This document shows, piece after piece, positions 8,543 to 16,956 of a DNA stretch of 47,844 bases. Location of the stretch: positions 1 through 47,844 of the forward strand of contig JAFPCL010000007.1 in NCBI GenBank assembly GCA_017390225.1, given 5' to 3'. Numbering within the stretch: position 1 is the first letter of the stretch; the number at the start of each line of letters is the position of its first letter. The notes under the pieces were generated by a model, which saw nothing but the letters and a program-made list of their open reading frames with translations, did no database searches and had not been told where the DNA came from. Both the position numbers and the translations under genes were made by a program. Source of the stretch: Clostridia bacterium (GTDB lineage Bacteria; Bacillota; Clostridia; CAKSNL01; HGM11501).

Positions 8543-9624
8543 TAAGCCTCTTCCTCCTTTGGATGCATGGCATCATACAAACATTCACCCCAAGCGCAGT
8601 GATAGGCGGAAGGCTCGTCTAAATGTCGGTTTTCCGCTTGAATAGCACCAAGACATGCCGTGCAATAAGCAGACTTTTTGCAAGCTCTGCAATCGGGCGG
8701 AGCGGTGATTTTGTTTGCGGCATTTTTGATTGCATCCCATGCGGCGGAAAATCCGCAAAGAAGCGGCTCCGCATAAGGGCGGTCGAATAAAAGACAGGGA
8801 CGCATACGTCCTTCCCATGTGATGACATAAGAAGTTTTGCCTGCCGTACAGGAAAATGCTTCGCCGGCACAGGCATCTTTATCTTCGGCAATATGCCGCA
8901 GTGTTTCGGGGGACAAGTCGCGGTTGACATGTGCTCGCAAGGCAAGAAGCTCTTTCGGCGCAAGGCGAACACTTGCAACGTCGCTTTTTGCACCGCGGAC
9001 AGCGGCAGACAAAACGGAACAGTAGACAAAGTCCGCACCTTTTTCCGTCGCCATGGCACACAGAGCATCAAAATCCGACACGTTGAGCTTTGAAATCGTC
9101 GTGCGAATCTGCACGGGAATCGATAAAGACAGGAAAAAATCAAGCCCTTGCATGGCTTTTTCATAAGCCTCTTTTTGTCCAGTGACCCGCTCATAGGTTT
9201 CGGGGGATGCGCCGTAAATACTGATGCCTACAGCAGACGGCGGAATACGGCGAAACAGTGCTTGAAGGGCGGGGGTGACCAAGGTGGCATTGGTATACAG
9301 CTTAATCAGAAAGCCCATTCTTGACAATCCTTCGTATATCTCGGGGAAATCGGGGCGGAGCATGGCTTCGCCGCCGGTAAGCAATAAAAACAGTGTGCCG
9401 CTTTTTTGTGCCGCTTCGCCCAACGCCAACCAATCATTACAGGACAAGGGGCGGGAAATGGCGGCGGCTTCTTCTTTGGACAGGCGCATATAGCACATTT
9501 TGCATCCGAGATTGCAAAATGGCGTCAGTTCAAACGTACCGAACAGAGGAACCCCCTGATCGAGTGCGGCGGCAGACAGCTTGTCTTTGAGCGCCGCCCA
9601 ATCATCATAAAATGCGGCTCTCAT
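8542..9624 (-). CDS. Radical SAM enzyme with C-terminal SPASM (auxiliary 4Fe-4S) domain, peptide-maturase type
   Basis: CX3CX2C 'CNLGCKMC' at the N-terminus and a 'LLLTGGE' SAM-binding motif. C-terminal 'FSCTAGKTSYVITWEGRMRPC' plus 'CRACKKSAYCTAC' give a SPASM-type Cys pattern. Confidence 0.9.
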   Translation of the reverse strand: MRAAFYDDWAALKDKLSAAALDQGVPLFGTFELTPFCNLGCKMCYMRLSKEEAAAISRPLSCNDWLALGEAAQKSGTLFLLLTGGEAMLRPDFPEIYEGLSRMGFLIKLYTNATLVTPALQALFRRIPPSAVGISIYGASPETYERVTGQKEAYEKAMQGLDFFLSLSIPVQIRTTISKLNVSDFDALCAMATEKGADFVYCSVLSAAVRGAKSDVASVRLAPKELLALRAHVNRDLSPETLRHIAEDKDACAGEAFSCTAGKTSYVITWEGRMRPCLLFDRPYAEPLLCGFSAAWDAIKNAANKITAPPDCRACKKSAYCTACLGAIQAENRHLDEPSAYHCAWGECLYDAMHPKEEEA

Positions 9625-9890
9625 GCATCCACCAAAAGGCCGCCTTCGCGCATAGCATTTAAAAATGCGGCAACGTCTTGTTCGGCAAGAGATTGTTCAA
9701 CATCATATTCTTCTAAAAGAGCGGCAACCAAGCTTTCCTGTGTTTGCTGTGTTGTCAATAGCTTCCATAGAAAAGCCCCTGTTTCATTCAGTGTAATCAT
9801 GCCGCTGAAGTTCTGAAGTTCTTCGCCGCAGGGAATGACCATATAAGAGCCTGCAATCTCTCGCAAAATATAATTATCTTTAATCTTCAT
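9621..9890 (-). CDS. PqqD-family protein (RiPP recognition element / peptide chaperone)
   Basis: 'ITLNETGAFLWKLL....T.E.LV..L..EYDV....A..DV..FL..M...GLL' matches the PqqD pattern. ATG 9890 has GGAG 7 nt upstream; an alternative GTG at 9896 overlaps the SDR stop. The stop overlaps the rSAM start (ATGA). Confidence 0.8.
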   Translation of the reverse strand: MKIKDNYILREIAGSYMVIPCGEELQNFSGMITLNETGAFLWKLLTTQQTQESLVAALLEEYDVEQSLAEQDVAAFLNAMREGGLLVDA

Positions 9891-9892
9891 GT

Positions 9893-10729
9893 TCACACTC
9901 CGGAATAAGCAGAGAATCCGCCGTCAACAGGAACAACAACGCCATTGACAAAGCCGGAAACCTCGTTGTCGGCAAGCCACAAAAGTGTGCCGTTTAATTC
10001 CTCGGGCGCACCGAACCGTCCCATGGGCGTCTGGGAAAGAATTTTTTCGGCACGGGCAGACCAAGAGCCGTCCTCTTGAAGAAGAAGACCGCGATTCTGA
10101 TTGGTCAGGAAAAAGCCGGGGGCAATGGCGTTTACACGGATGCCGACCTTGCAAAAATGAACGGCAAGCCATTGGGTCAGATTGGATACGGCGGCTTTGG
10201 CACCGCTGTAGGCAGGGATTCTCGTCAAGGGGGTGAAGGCGTTCATGGAAGACACGTTAATTACGGTAGCGCCTTCTTTATCGACCATGGAGGCGGCAAA
10301 GACCTGTGTGGTCAGAAGTGCACCTAAAAAGTTCAGATTAAAAACAAAAGAGATGCCGTCCTGATCCAGATCAAAGAAGGTTTTCACGCTTTCTTCCGCT
10401 TGCGTCAGATCTTCGGGATACAAATAGTCCTTGGTCGTGGTACCTTTGGGGTGATTGCCGCCGGCACCGTTGATGAGAATGTCGCAAGTGCCGAAGGCTT
10501 TTTCTACGGCTTCTTTGGCGTTTATCAGGCTGGCTTTATCCAGCACATTGACAGTGACGCCGATGGCATCGCCCCCTCGGGCGCGGATTTCTTCGGCGAC
10601 CGATTCTGCCGCCGCGGCGTTCAAGTCCAAAAGAGCAACGCGCACGCCTTTTTCTGCCAAGGCAAGGGCAAAGGCGCGGCAGAGAACACCACCACCACCG
10701 GTGATAACAGCTACTTTATTTTTCAACAT
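9893..10729 (-). CDS. SDR-family NAD(P)-dependent oxidoreductase
   Basis: 'VAVITGGGGVLC' Rossmann motif, 'NGAG', catalytic 'YSGAKAAV', C-terminal 'VPVDGG'. Confidence 0.9.
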   Translation of the reverse strand: MLKNKVAVITGGGGVLCRAFALALAEKGVRVALLDLNAAAAESVAEEIRARGGDAIGVTVNVLDKASLINAKEAVEKAFGTCDILINGAGGNHPKGTTTKDYLYPEDLTQAEESVKTFFDLDQDGISFVFNLNFLGALLTTQVFAASMVDKEGATVINVSSMNAFTPLTRIPAYSGAKAAVSNLTQWLAVHFCKVGIRVNAIAPGFFLTNQNRGLLLQEDGSWSARAEKILSQTPMGRFGAPEELNGTLLWLADNEVSGFVNGVVVPVDGGFSAYSGV

Positions 10730-10741
10730 AATCCATTCCTC

Positions 10742-11524
10742 CTAACGAAAAATTTCGCCGACATTTTGCAAAATATATGTGGGCTTTATCGTGGACGCAC
10801 GGGCTTGCTCCAAGGTTGTTTCGCCGCTGAGAACCAACACCGTGTCCACACCGGCATTTTGTCCGGCGGCAATATCCGTGTAGATCCGATCGCCGATGAG
10901 AACGGCATCGGGCTTTTCCATTCCGGCTTTCTTGAGGGCGAGCTCTACCATTTCTTTTTGGGGCTTGCCGATAAACAAAGGCTCTCTGCCTGTGGCATTT
11001 TTCAGCATGATGCTGACACTGCCGCAGTCGGGCACATAGCCAAATTCCGTGGGGCAGACAAAGTCGGGGTTGGTGGCAATATAATCAACCCCTTGTCCCA
11101 GCAAAATACAGGCATCTACAAGCTTTTGGTACACAAGCTCCGTGTCGTAGCCCATAACAAGGCAGTCAATGCCGTCCTGCAATTGGGTGGTGATATTGAG
11201 TCCTGCATTTTTCAGCTCCTCGCACAAAGAAGCTGTGCCCAGAACATAAAGAAGCTTGTCTTTATAATGCTCTAAAAGATAAATGGCCGTTGCCTGCGAA
11301 GAGGTTAAAAAATCATCCTCCGTTGCGACAATGCCGAAGGAGGCAAGCTTTTCAACATAACGGGAAACACTTTTGGAGGAATTGTTCGTTAAGTACATGG
11401 CACGAGCACCGTGCGATTTTATCTGCTCCAAAAAGGGAAGCGTTTCGGGGAAAAGGTCATTTCCGAGATAAAGTGTGCCGTCCATATCCAGCAAGAATAG
11501 TTTTTTGTTTTCGAGTTGATGCAT
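10742..11524 (-). CDS. HAD-IIA family sugar/nucleotide phosphatase (NagD/YutF-like)
   Basis: Start at MHQLENKKLFLLDMDGTLYLG (GGAGG SD 6 nt upstream). 'YLTNNSSKS' and 'LIGDRIYTDIAAG' motifs are present. The track N-terminal extension (to 11731) runs through the promoter region and is rejected. Confidence 0.85.
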   Translation of the reverse strand: MHQLENKKLFLLDMDGTLYLGNDLFPETLPFLEQIKSHGARAMYLTNNSSKSVSRYVEKLASFGIVATEDDFLTSSQATAIYLLEHYKDKLLYVLGTASLCEELKNAGLNITTQLQDGIDCLVMGYDTELVYQKLVDACILLGQGVDYIATNPDFVCPTEFGYVPDCGSVSIMLKNATGREPLFIGKPQKEMVELALKKAGMEKPDAVLIGDRIYTDIAAGQNAGVDTVLVLSGETTLEQARASTIKPTYILQNVGEIFR

Positions 11525-11555
11525 ACGGAGCCTCCTAAAATAATTGATTGATTTA

Positions 11556-11584
11556 ATTATACTCTTAAAAAATAAATAAGTCAA
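11556..11584 (-). promoter_or_regulatory. Sigma-A-type promoter for the HAD-SDR-PqqD-rSAM-HprK-like-SGNH string
   Basis: Minus strand reads TTGACT-N17-TATAAT, about 30 nt upstream of the HAD-IIA start. Confidence 0.55.
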
Positions 11585-11602
11585 CCGCACACGAAAAAAA
11601 TC

Positions 11603-11632
11603 TTGACAAAACAGGGGAATTCGGCATATGAT
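11603..11632 (+). promoter_or_regulatory. Sigma-A-type promoter for the dipeptidase gene (divergent)
   Basis: TTGACA-N18-TATGAT. The -10 overlaps the track ATG at 11628, which supports the downstream start at 11664. Confidence 0.45.
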
Positions 11633-11663
11633 TGATAGATACAGCAAGAGAAGGGGTGGCAAA

Positions 11664-12518
11664 ATGAAGATTACGGATGCACATTGCGATACGTTATCTG
11701 CTTGGGCAGAAGGCGAAGCGTCCTTCTTCAAGGAAGAGGAAACAAATCAAGATTATTTACAGGTGTTTGCGCTGTTCGGCGGCATTACGAAGACACCCAG
11801 AGGACGTGTGGAAAAGCAAATCGAAGTATACCACGCTCGAAAAAGTATATTGCCTTGTCAATCAATATTGGCAATGGAGGGGGCGCATGCACTGGAAGGT
11901 GATCCGCAACGATTGATAGGCTACCACGAAAAGGGTGTGCGTGTGTTCGGGCCGATGTGGAATGACGACAATGCGTTCGGTTGCGGATGCGACACGAGAA
12001 ACGATACGGGGCTGACGAAAAAAGGAGAAGAGCTTCTTGTTTTGGCGGAGCGGTTAGGCATGACGGTTGATCTTGCCCATGCCTCGGAAAAAACTTTTTT
12101 TGATGCACTTCGTATTTTGAAAACACCGCCGATTGTTTCCCATGCCTGCGCCAAAAAGCTTTGCAATCATCGCAGAAATTTAAGCGACGATCAGCTACGT
12201 GCACTGGCATCGGCAGGTGGTGTTCTGGGCATTTGCTTCTGGGATGAGATTGTGGCGGAGCATGCACAAATCCGAGATGTTATCTCGCAGATAGAGTATT
12301 GTGTTTCCGTCATGGGAGCGGACTTTGTGGGGTTTGGCTCGGATACGGACGGCGTGGACAACCCGATGGAGGACTTGCGTTCTCCCGGAGATATCCGCCG
12401 TTTGGCAGAAAACTTAAAAACCTATTTTTCCGTCGATATCGCCGAAAAAATTGCCGGCGGCAACTTTATGCGCCTGTTTTCGCAACATTTTGAACAGGAA
12501 AAAGAAGATTTTTCATGA
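11664..12518 (+). CDS. Peptidase M19 family dipeptidase
   Basis: 'DAHCDT', 'GMTVDLAHASEKTFFDAL', 'PPIVSHACAKKLCNHRRNLSD', 'GFGSDTDG', 'GGNFMRLF' match the membrane-dipeptidase (M19) motif series. Confidence 0.8.
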   Translation: MKITDAHCDTLSAWAEGEASFFKEEETNQDYLQVFALFGGITKTPRGRVEKQIEVYHARKSILPCQSILAMEGAHALEGDPQRLIGYHEKGVRVFGPMWNDDNAFGCGCDTRNDTGLTKKGEELLVLAERLGMTVDLAHASEKTFFDALRILKTPPIVSHACAKKLCNHRRNLSDDQLRALASAGGVLGICFWDEIVAEHAQIRDVISQIEYCVSVMGADFVGFGSDTDGVDNPMEDLRSPGDIRRLAENLKTYFSVDIAEKIAGGNFMRLFSQHFEQEKEDFS

Positions 12519-12553
12519 TTTTTTTGATAAAAAATAAAAATTCAAAAAAACCA

Positions 12554-12582
12554 TTGATTTTTTCAGAAAGGCTCATTATAAT
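12554..12582 (+). promoter_or_regulatory. Sigma-A-type promoter for cysE-cysS
   Basis: TTGATT-N17-TATAAT, about 35 nt upstream of the cysE start. Confidence 0.55.
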
Positions 12583-12617
12583 ATAGTCGACATACGATGG
12601 GTAAAATATGAAAAGAG

Positions 12618-13268
12618 GTGTTTGCGTTGTTTGATAATATTCGTTATGATATAAAAAACATTATGCAAAAAGACCCCGCCGCACGCAGTGCGATTGAAGT
12701 ATTCTTTTTGTATCCATCGGTGCGCGCCCTTCGGGATTACCGCTTTGCGCATTGGCTGTATAAACATAAGTGCTTCTTTTTGGCACGCATGGTGTCGCAG
12801 AACAGCCGCCGTGCGACCAATATAGAGATTCATCCTGCCGCCACCATCGGCAAGGGGCTGTTTATCGACCACGGTGCAGGGGTAATCATCGGGGAAACAA
12901 CGATTATCGGCGATAACTGCACGCTTTATCAGGGCGTAACCCTCGGCGGTACGGGTAAAGATATTGGCAAGCGTCATCCCACTTTAGGCAATAATGTCAT
13001 GGTGGGTGCCGGTGCAAAAATCTTAGGGCCTTTCACCGTAGGGGATAATGCAAAAATCGCCGCCAATGCCGTGGTGCTGAGCGAAGTGCCGCCGGATGCC
13101 ACCTGTGTAGGCGTTCCCGGGCGTGTGGTACGGGTGAAAAATCAACGCGTCAATGATATTGATCAAATCCATATTCCCGACCCCGTGGCACAGCAGTTCG
13201 CCGCCATGCAAAAACAAATCGACAGCTTGATACAAGAGCTTGAAACCATGAAGAAAGGAGAATTCTGA
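12618..13268 (+). CDS. cysE: Serine O-acetyltransferase
   Basis: 'DPAARS..EV...YP...A...R.AHWLY' and hexapeptide repeats '[43 protein letters not shown]', 'KRHPTLG' are close to B. subtilis CysE. The track start is GTG 12618; TTG 12627 fits the AAGAGG SD better. Confidence 0.9.
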   Translation: MFALFDNIRYDIKNIMQKDPAARSAIEVFFLYPSVRALRDYRFAHWLYKHKCFFLARMVSQNSRRATNIEIHPAATIGKGLFIDHGAGVIIGETTIIGDNCTLYQGVTLGGTGKDIGKRHPTLGNNVMVGAGAKILGPFTVGDNAKIAANAVVLSEVPPDATCVGVPGRVVRVKNQRVNDIDQIHIPDPVAQQFAAMQKQIDSLIQELETMKKGEF

Positions 13269-14641
13269 TGAAAATCTTTAATACATTAACAAGAAAAAAA
13301 GAAGAATTTGTGCCCATTGAGCCGGGTAAGGTCAAAATGTATTCCTGCGGACCGACGGTATACAATTATTTTCATATCGGCAATGCTCGTCCGTTCATTG
13401 TGTTTGATACATTACGCACCTATTTGGAATACTTAGGCTATGAAGTTACTTTTGTACAGAATTTCACCGACATCGATGACAAGATGATTAAAAAGGCAAA
13501 TGAAGAAGGCACCACGGTCAAGGAAGTGGCAGAACGCTATATTTCCGAGTATTTTGTGGATGCCAAAGGATTGGGCATCCGTCCTGCGACAGTCCATCCC
13601 AAGGCAACGGAAAATATTGATGCAATCATCGAAATCGTAGAAAAGCTGATTGCCACCGGTCATGCCTATGAATCGCAAGGCGATGTGTATTTTGCCACCA
13701 AGAGCTTTGAAGACTACGGAAAGCTTTCGCACCAGCCTTTGGAGGAGCTTGCCAGCGGCGCACGTGTGGCTGTGGGTGAAGTGAAAAGAGATCCGATGGA
13801 TTTCGCTCTCTGGAAAGCACAGAAGCCCGGCGAGCCTGCTTGGGAAAGCCCCTGGGGCATGGGTCGCCCCGGTTGGCATATCGAATGTTCAGCCATGGCA
13901 AATCGCTATTTGGGCAAGAGCATTGATATCCACAGTGGTGGGTTGGATTTGACCTTCCCGCACCATGAAAACGAAATCGCCCAAAGTGAATGTGCCAACG
14001 GTTGCACCTTTGCCAACTATTGGATGCACAATGGGTTTATCAATGTCGACAATCAGAAAATGTCGAAATCGCTGGGAAATTTCTTTACGGTTCGTGAAAT
14101 CGCAGAGCAGTTCCCCTATGAAGTGGTGCGCTTCTTTATGCTCAGCGCACACTACCGCAGCCCCATCAATTTCAGCCGTGACCTGATTGAATCGGCGCAA
14201 AATGCATTGGAGCGGTTGTACACCTGCCGCAACAATCTTCGCTTCCTGACAGACACACTTTCAGAAGGCGAAGGGGCAGATATGCAGGCAATGGAGAGCT
14301 ACCGCCAAAAATTCAAGGATGCAATGGATGACGATCTCAATACGGCAGATGCAATCTCTGTATTGTTTGAGCTTGTCCGTTTTGTCAACACCGAAGCCCC
14401 GAAAACAAAAAAAGAAGCCGCCGACTGGCTGGCACTTCTCACGGAGCTTTCGGATGTTCTGGGCATCTTAAAGCAAGAAGAGGCTTCTTTGGATGAAGAA
14501 GTGGAAGCTTTGATTGAAGAGCGCACACAGGCACGTAAAGAGAAAAACTGGAAACGTGCGGACGAAATCAGAGATCAGTTAAAGGCTATGGGCGTTGTCC
14601 TGGAAGATACGCCCCAAGGCGTAAAATGGCATCGAGAATAG
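13268..14641 (+). CDS. cysS: Cysteine--tRNA ligase
   Basis: '[16 protein letters not shown]' (HIGH), 'KMSKSLGN' (KMSKS), 'GWHIECS'. The start overlaps the cysE stop (TGATG). Confidence 0.95.
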   Translation: MKIFNTLTRKKEEFVPIEPGKVKMYSCGPTVYNYFHIGNARPFIVFDTLRTYLEYLGYEVTFVQNFTDIDDKMIKKANEEGTTVKEVAERYISEYFVDAKGLGIRPATVHPKATENIDAIIEIVEKLIATGHAYESQGDVYFATKSFEDYGKLSHQPLEELASGARVAVGEVKRDPMDFALWKAQKPGEPAWESPWGMGRPGWHIECSAMANRYLGKSIDIHSGGLDLTFPHHENEIAQSECANGCTFANYWMHNGFINVDNQKMSKSLGNFFTVREIAEQFPYEVVRFFMLSAHYRSPINFSRDLIESAQNALERLYTCRNNLRFLTDTLSEGEGADMQAMESYRQKFKDAMDDDLNTADAISVLFELVRFVNTEAPKTKKEAADWLALLTELSDVLGILKQEEASLDEEVEALIEERTQARKEKNWKRADEIRDQLKAMGVVLEDTPQGVKWHRE

Positions 14642-14663
14642 GAAAAAGGAGACACATAGGACA

Positions 14664-15005
14664 ATGGATTACCAAGGGTTTAAATACAGAAATGATGAAT
14701 GTGAAGAATTGGCACGTCTTTTGCGCACCGAAGGATATGCACAGGCAGAGATGGATGACGAGGATGAAATGGACATCTTCCTTAGGGAATTGGAAATTCT
14801 CGGCGTATATCGCATAGAAGACGCAGACGAAGATATGGAAGCACTCGACAGCGATGAAGAGCCTCTGTTTTATACCAGATTGGTCTTTACCGACACGGCG
14901 GATGCCGGCATCAATGAACTGGACGAAGAAAAAATTTGGACGATTGATTTCTTCTATGCGCAAGGAGAATCGGAAATTTTTTACGGAGACGATGACTTTT
15001 TTTAA
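14664..15005 (+). CDS. Hypothetical, extremely acidic 113-aa protein
   Basis: ORF starts 22 nt after cysS. About one third of residues are D/E (for example 'EMDDEDEMD', 'EDADEDMEALDSDEE', C-terminal 'YGDDDFF'). No family recognised. Confidence 0.5.
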   Translation: MDYQGFKYRNDECEELARLLRTEGYAQAEMDDEDEMDIFLRELEILGVYRIEDADEDMEALDSDEEPLFYTRLVFTDTADAGINELDEEKIWTIDFFYAQGESEIFYGDDDFF

Positions 15006-15012
15006 AAAAGAC

Positions 15013-15042
15013 TTGTAAAGCAAATTGATTTTGTGTTATAAT
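15013..15042 (+). promoter_or_regulatory. Sigma-A-type promoter with extended -10 for the transketolase genes
   Basis: TTGTAA-N18-TATAAT preceded by TGT (TGnTATAAT). Confidence 0.45.
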
Positions 15043-15082
15043 GAGAAAAGGAACATAAAAAGTTCAGAAAGGAAGTATTATT

Positions 15083-15913
15083 ATGGATAATGCAGGATTG
15101 GCACGTGTTGCCTACAAAATTCGGAAAAATGCAGTCACTGCTGTATACAGCGCTGCTTCCGGCCATCCCGGCGGATCTCTGTCTATCGCAGATATCATGT
15201 CGGTTCTTTACTTCGATGAAATGAACATCGATCCGAAAAACCCCAAGAACCCCGACCGTGACCGTTTTGTTCTTTCCAAGGGTCACTGCACCCCGGCACT
15301 GTACGGCACGCTGGCAGAACGCGGCTTCTTCCCCGTGGAAGATTTAAAGACCTTCCGTCAGATCGACAGCATTTTGCAGGGCCACCCGGATATGAAGCAC
15401 ATCCCCGGCGTTGATATGTCCACCGGCTCTTTGGGCCTGGGCATCTCTGCCGCTTGCGGTATGGCTCTTGCCGGCAAGATCGATAAGAAAGATTATCGCG
15501 TATATTCCGTTCTGGGCGACGGTGAAATCGAAGAAGGTCAGGTTTGGGAAGCTGCTATGTATGCCGCTCACTATAAACTGGACAACCTTTGCGCTTTCAT
15601 CGACTCCAACGGTCTGCAGATCGACGGTCCCACCAAGGATGTTATGAACTCCGATCCCATCGATGAAAAGTTCAAGGCTTTCGGCTGGAATGTTATTGTG
15701 ATTGATGCACACGACATTCAGGCAATCAAGGATGCTCTGGCAAAAGCAAAGACCGTTAAGGGTCAGCCCACGGCTATCGTTGCCAAGAGTGTTAAGGGTA
15801 AAGGCGTTTCCTTCATGGAAAACAACGTCAGCTGGCACGGAAGCGCACCCAATCAAGAGCAATACGAACAGGCAATCAGCGAGCTGGATGCAAAGCTTGC
15901 TGAACTGGCGTAA
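15083..15913 (+). CDS. Transketolase, N-terminal (TPP-binding) subunit
   Basis: 'SGHPGGSLS.ADI...LYF', 'DRDRFVLSKGH..PALY', 'LGDGE.EEGQVWEA' are typical of split transketolase subunit A. Confidence 0.95.
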   Translation: MDNAGLARVAYKIRKNAVTAVYSAASGHPGGSLSIADIMSVLYFDEMNIDPKNPKNPDRDRFVLSKGHCTPALYGTLAERGFFPVEDLKTFRQIDSILQGHPDMKHIPGVDMSTGSLGLGISAACGMALAGKIDKKDYRVYSVLGDGEIEEGQVWEAAMYAAHYKLDNLCAFIDSNGLQIDGPTKDVMNSDPIDEKFKAFGWNVIVIDAHDIQAIKDALAKAKTVKGQPTAIVAKSVKGKGVSFMENNVSWHGSAPNQEQYEQAISELDAKLAELA

Positions 15914-15938
15914 GCCTTAGAAAGAGAGGTTGTTGAAA

Positions 15939-16871
15939 ATGGCTAAAAAAGCTACCAGAGAAGCATACGGTGAGGCTCTTGCCGCACTGGCTGATAAATA
16001 TGATTTCGTTGTTTTAGATGCTGACCTTGCCGCAGCTACCAAGACCGGCACCTTCAAGAAAGCATGCCCCGAACGTTTCTTCAACACGGGTATTGCAGAA
16101 GGCAACATGGTCACCGTTGCCGCAGGTATTGCCACCACCGGCAAGCCCGCTTTCGTCAGCTCCTTTGCTATGTTTGCCGCAGGTCGTGCATTCGAGCAGA
16201 TTCGCAACTCCGTTGCTTATCCCCATCTGAATGTTAAGATCGGTGCAACCCATGCAGGTATCACCGTTGGTGAAGACGGTGCAACCCACCAGTGCTTGGA
16301 AGACGTTGCCCTGATGCGCGAAATCCCCGGCATGGTTGTTATCAGCCCTGCAGACACCAAAGAAACCTACGCCGCTGTTGAAGCAGCTTTAAATATCGAT
16401 GGTCCCGTGTACCTTCGTTTCTCCCGTTATGCGGTTGAAGATGTGTTTGACGACAACTACAAGTTTGAAGTCGGCAAGGGTGCACTTTTGGAAGATGGCA
16501 CCGACGTGACCATCATCTCCACCGGTATCACCGCAGGCTTTGCTAAAGAAGCAGCTGCTCTTTTAAAGGCAGACGGTATCTCCGCTCGCGTGATTCACAT
16601 GGCAACCATTAAGCCTTTGGATGCAGATATGGTTGTAAAAGCCGCAAAAGAAACCGGCGCTATTGTTACCGTAGAAGACCACAGCATCATCGGCGGTCTC
16701 GGCTCTGCCGTTGCTGAAGTGATTGCAGAAAAAGCTCCGGCTGTTCTGCGCAGAATCGGTACCCAGGATAAGTTCGGTAAGAGCGGCAAGGTTCCGGCTC
16801 TTCTCGAAGAGTATGGTATCACTCCCGCTGCTATCGTTGCAGCTGCAAAGGATGCAGTTTCCTGCAAATAA
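15939..16871 (+). CDS. Transketolase, C-terminal (pyrimidine-binding) subunit
   Basis: 'TREAYGEAL..L', 'RFFN.GIAE.NMV..AAG', 'THAGI.VGEDG.THQ' motifs. ATG 15939 lies 9 nt after AAAGAGAGG; the track start is TTG at 15930. Confidence 0.95.
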   Translation: MAKKATREAYGEALAALADKYDFVVLDADLAAATKTGTFKKACPERFFNTGIAEGNMVTVAAGIATTGKPAFVSSFAMFAAGRAFEQIRNSVAYPHLNVKIGATHAGITVGEDGATHQCLEDVALMREIPGMVVISPADTKETYAAVEAALNIDGPVYLRFSRYAVEDVFDDNYKFEVGKGALLEDGTDVTIISTGITAGFAKEAAALLKADGISARVIHMATIKPLDADMVVKAAKETGAIVTVEDHSIIGGLGSAVAEVIAEKAPAVLRRIGTQDKFGKSGKVPALLEEYGITPAAIVAAAKDAVSCK

Positions 16872-16892
16872 TTAATTTAAGAAAAACAGAGG

Positions 16893-16927
16893 ATCCGACC
16901 GAGGGCGAAAAATGCCCTTGGTCGGAT
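16893..16927 (+). terminator. Hairpin terminator after the transketolase genes
   Basis: ATCCGACCGAGGGC / GCCCTTGGTCGGAT form a 14-bp stem with a 7-nt loop. The downstream T-tract is weak. Confidence 0.5.
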
Positions 16928-16956
16928 ATATGTGTATTTAGGGATAAGAAAAAGAT

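Noticed and set aside
8542-10729. Mycofactocin-like system (SDR + PqqD/MftB-like + rSAM-SPASM/MftC-like)
   Set aside because: There is no MftA-like small ORF ending in a Gly-Val-Tyr-type tail and no MftD/E/F equivalents. The SDR C-terminus 'DGGFSAYSGV' is just the normal SDR end. The resemblance is kept only as an analogy inside the main finding.
10400-11275. Long antisense track ORFs opposite clear genes: 10400-11275 (+), 20367-21182 (-), 21976-22890 (-), 25332-25985 (-), 37472-38413 (-), 43118-44032 (-), 17973-18668 (-)
   Set aside because: Each lies fully inside a well-supported gene on the other strand and gives low-complexity, Cys/His/Arg/Phe-rich products with no SD. These are typical shadow ORFs.
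12519-12617. T-box or other leader riboswitch upstream of cysE-cysS, as in B. subtilis
   Set aside because: The TTGATT-N17-TATAAT promoter leaves only about 35 nt of leader before the start codon. That is far too short for a T-box, and no specifier or antiterminator structure is visible.
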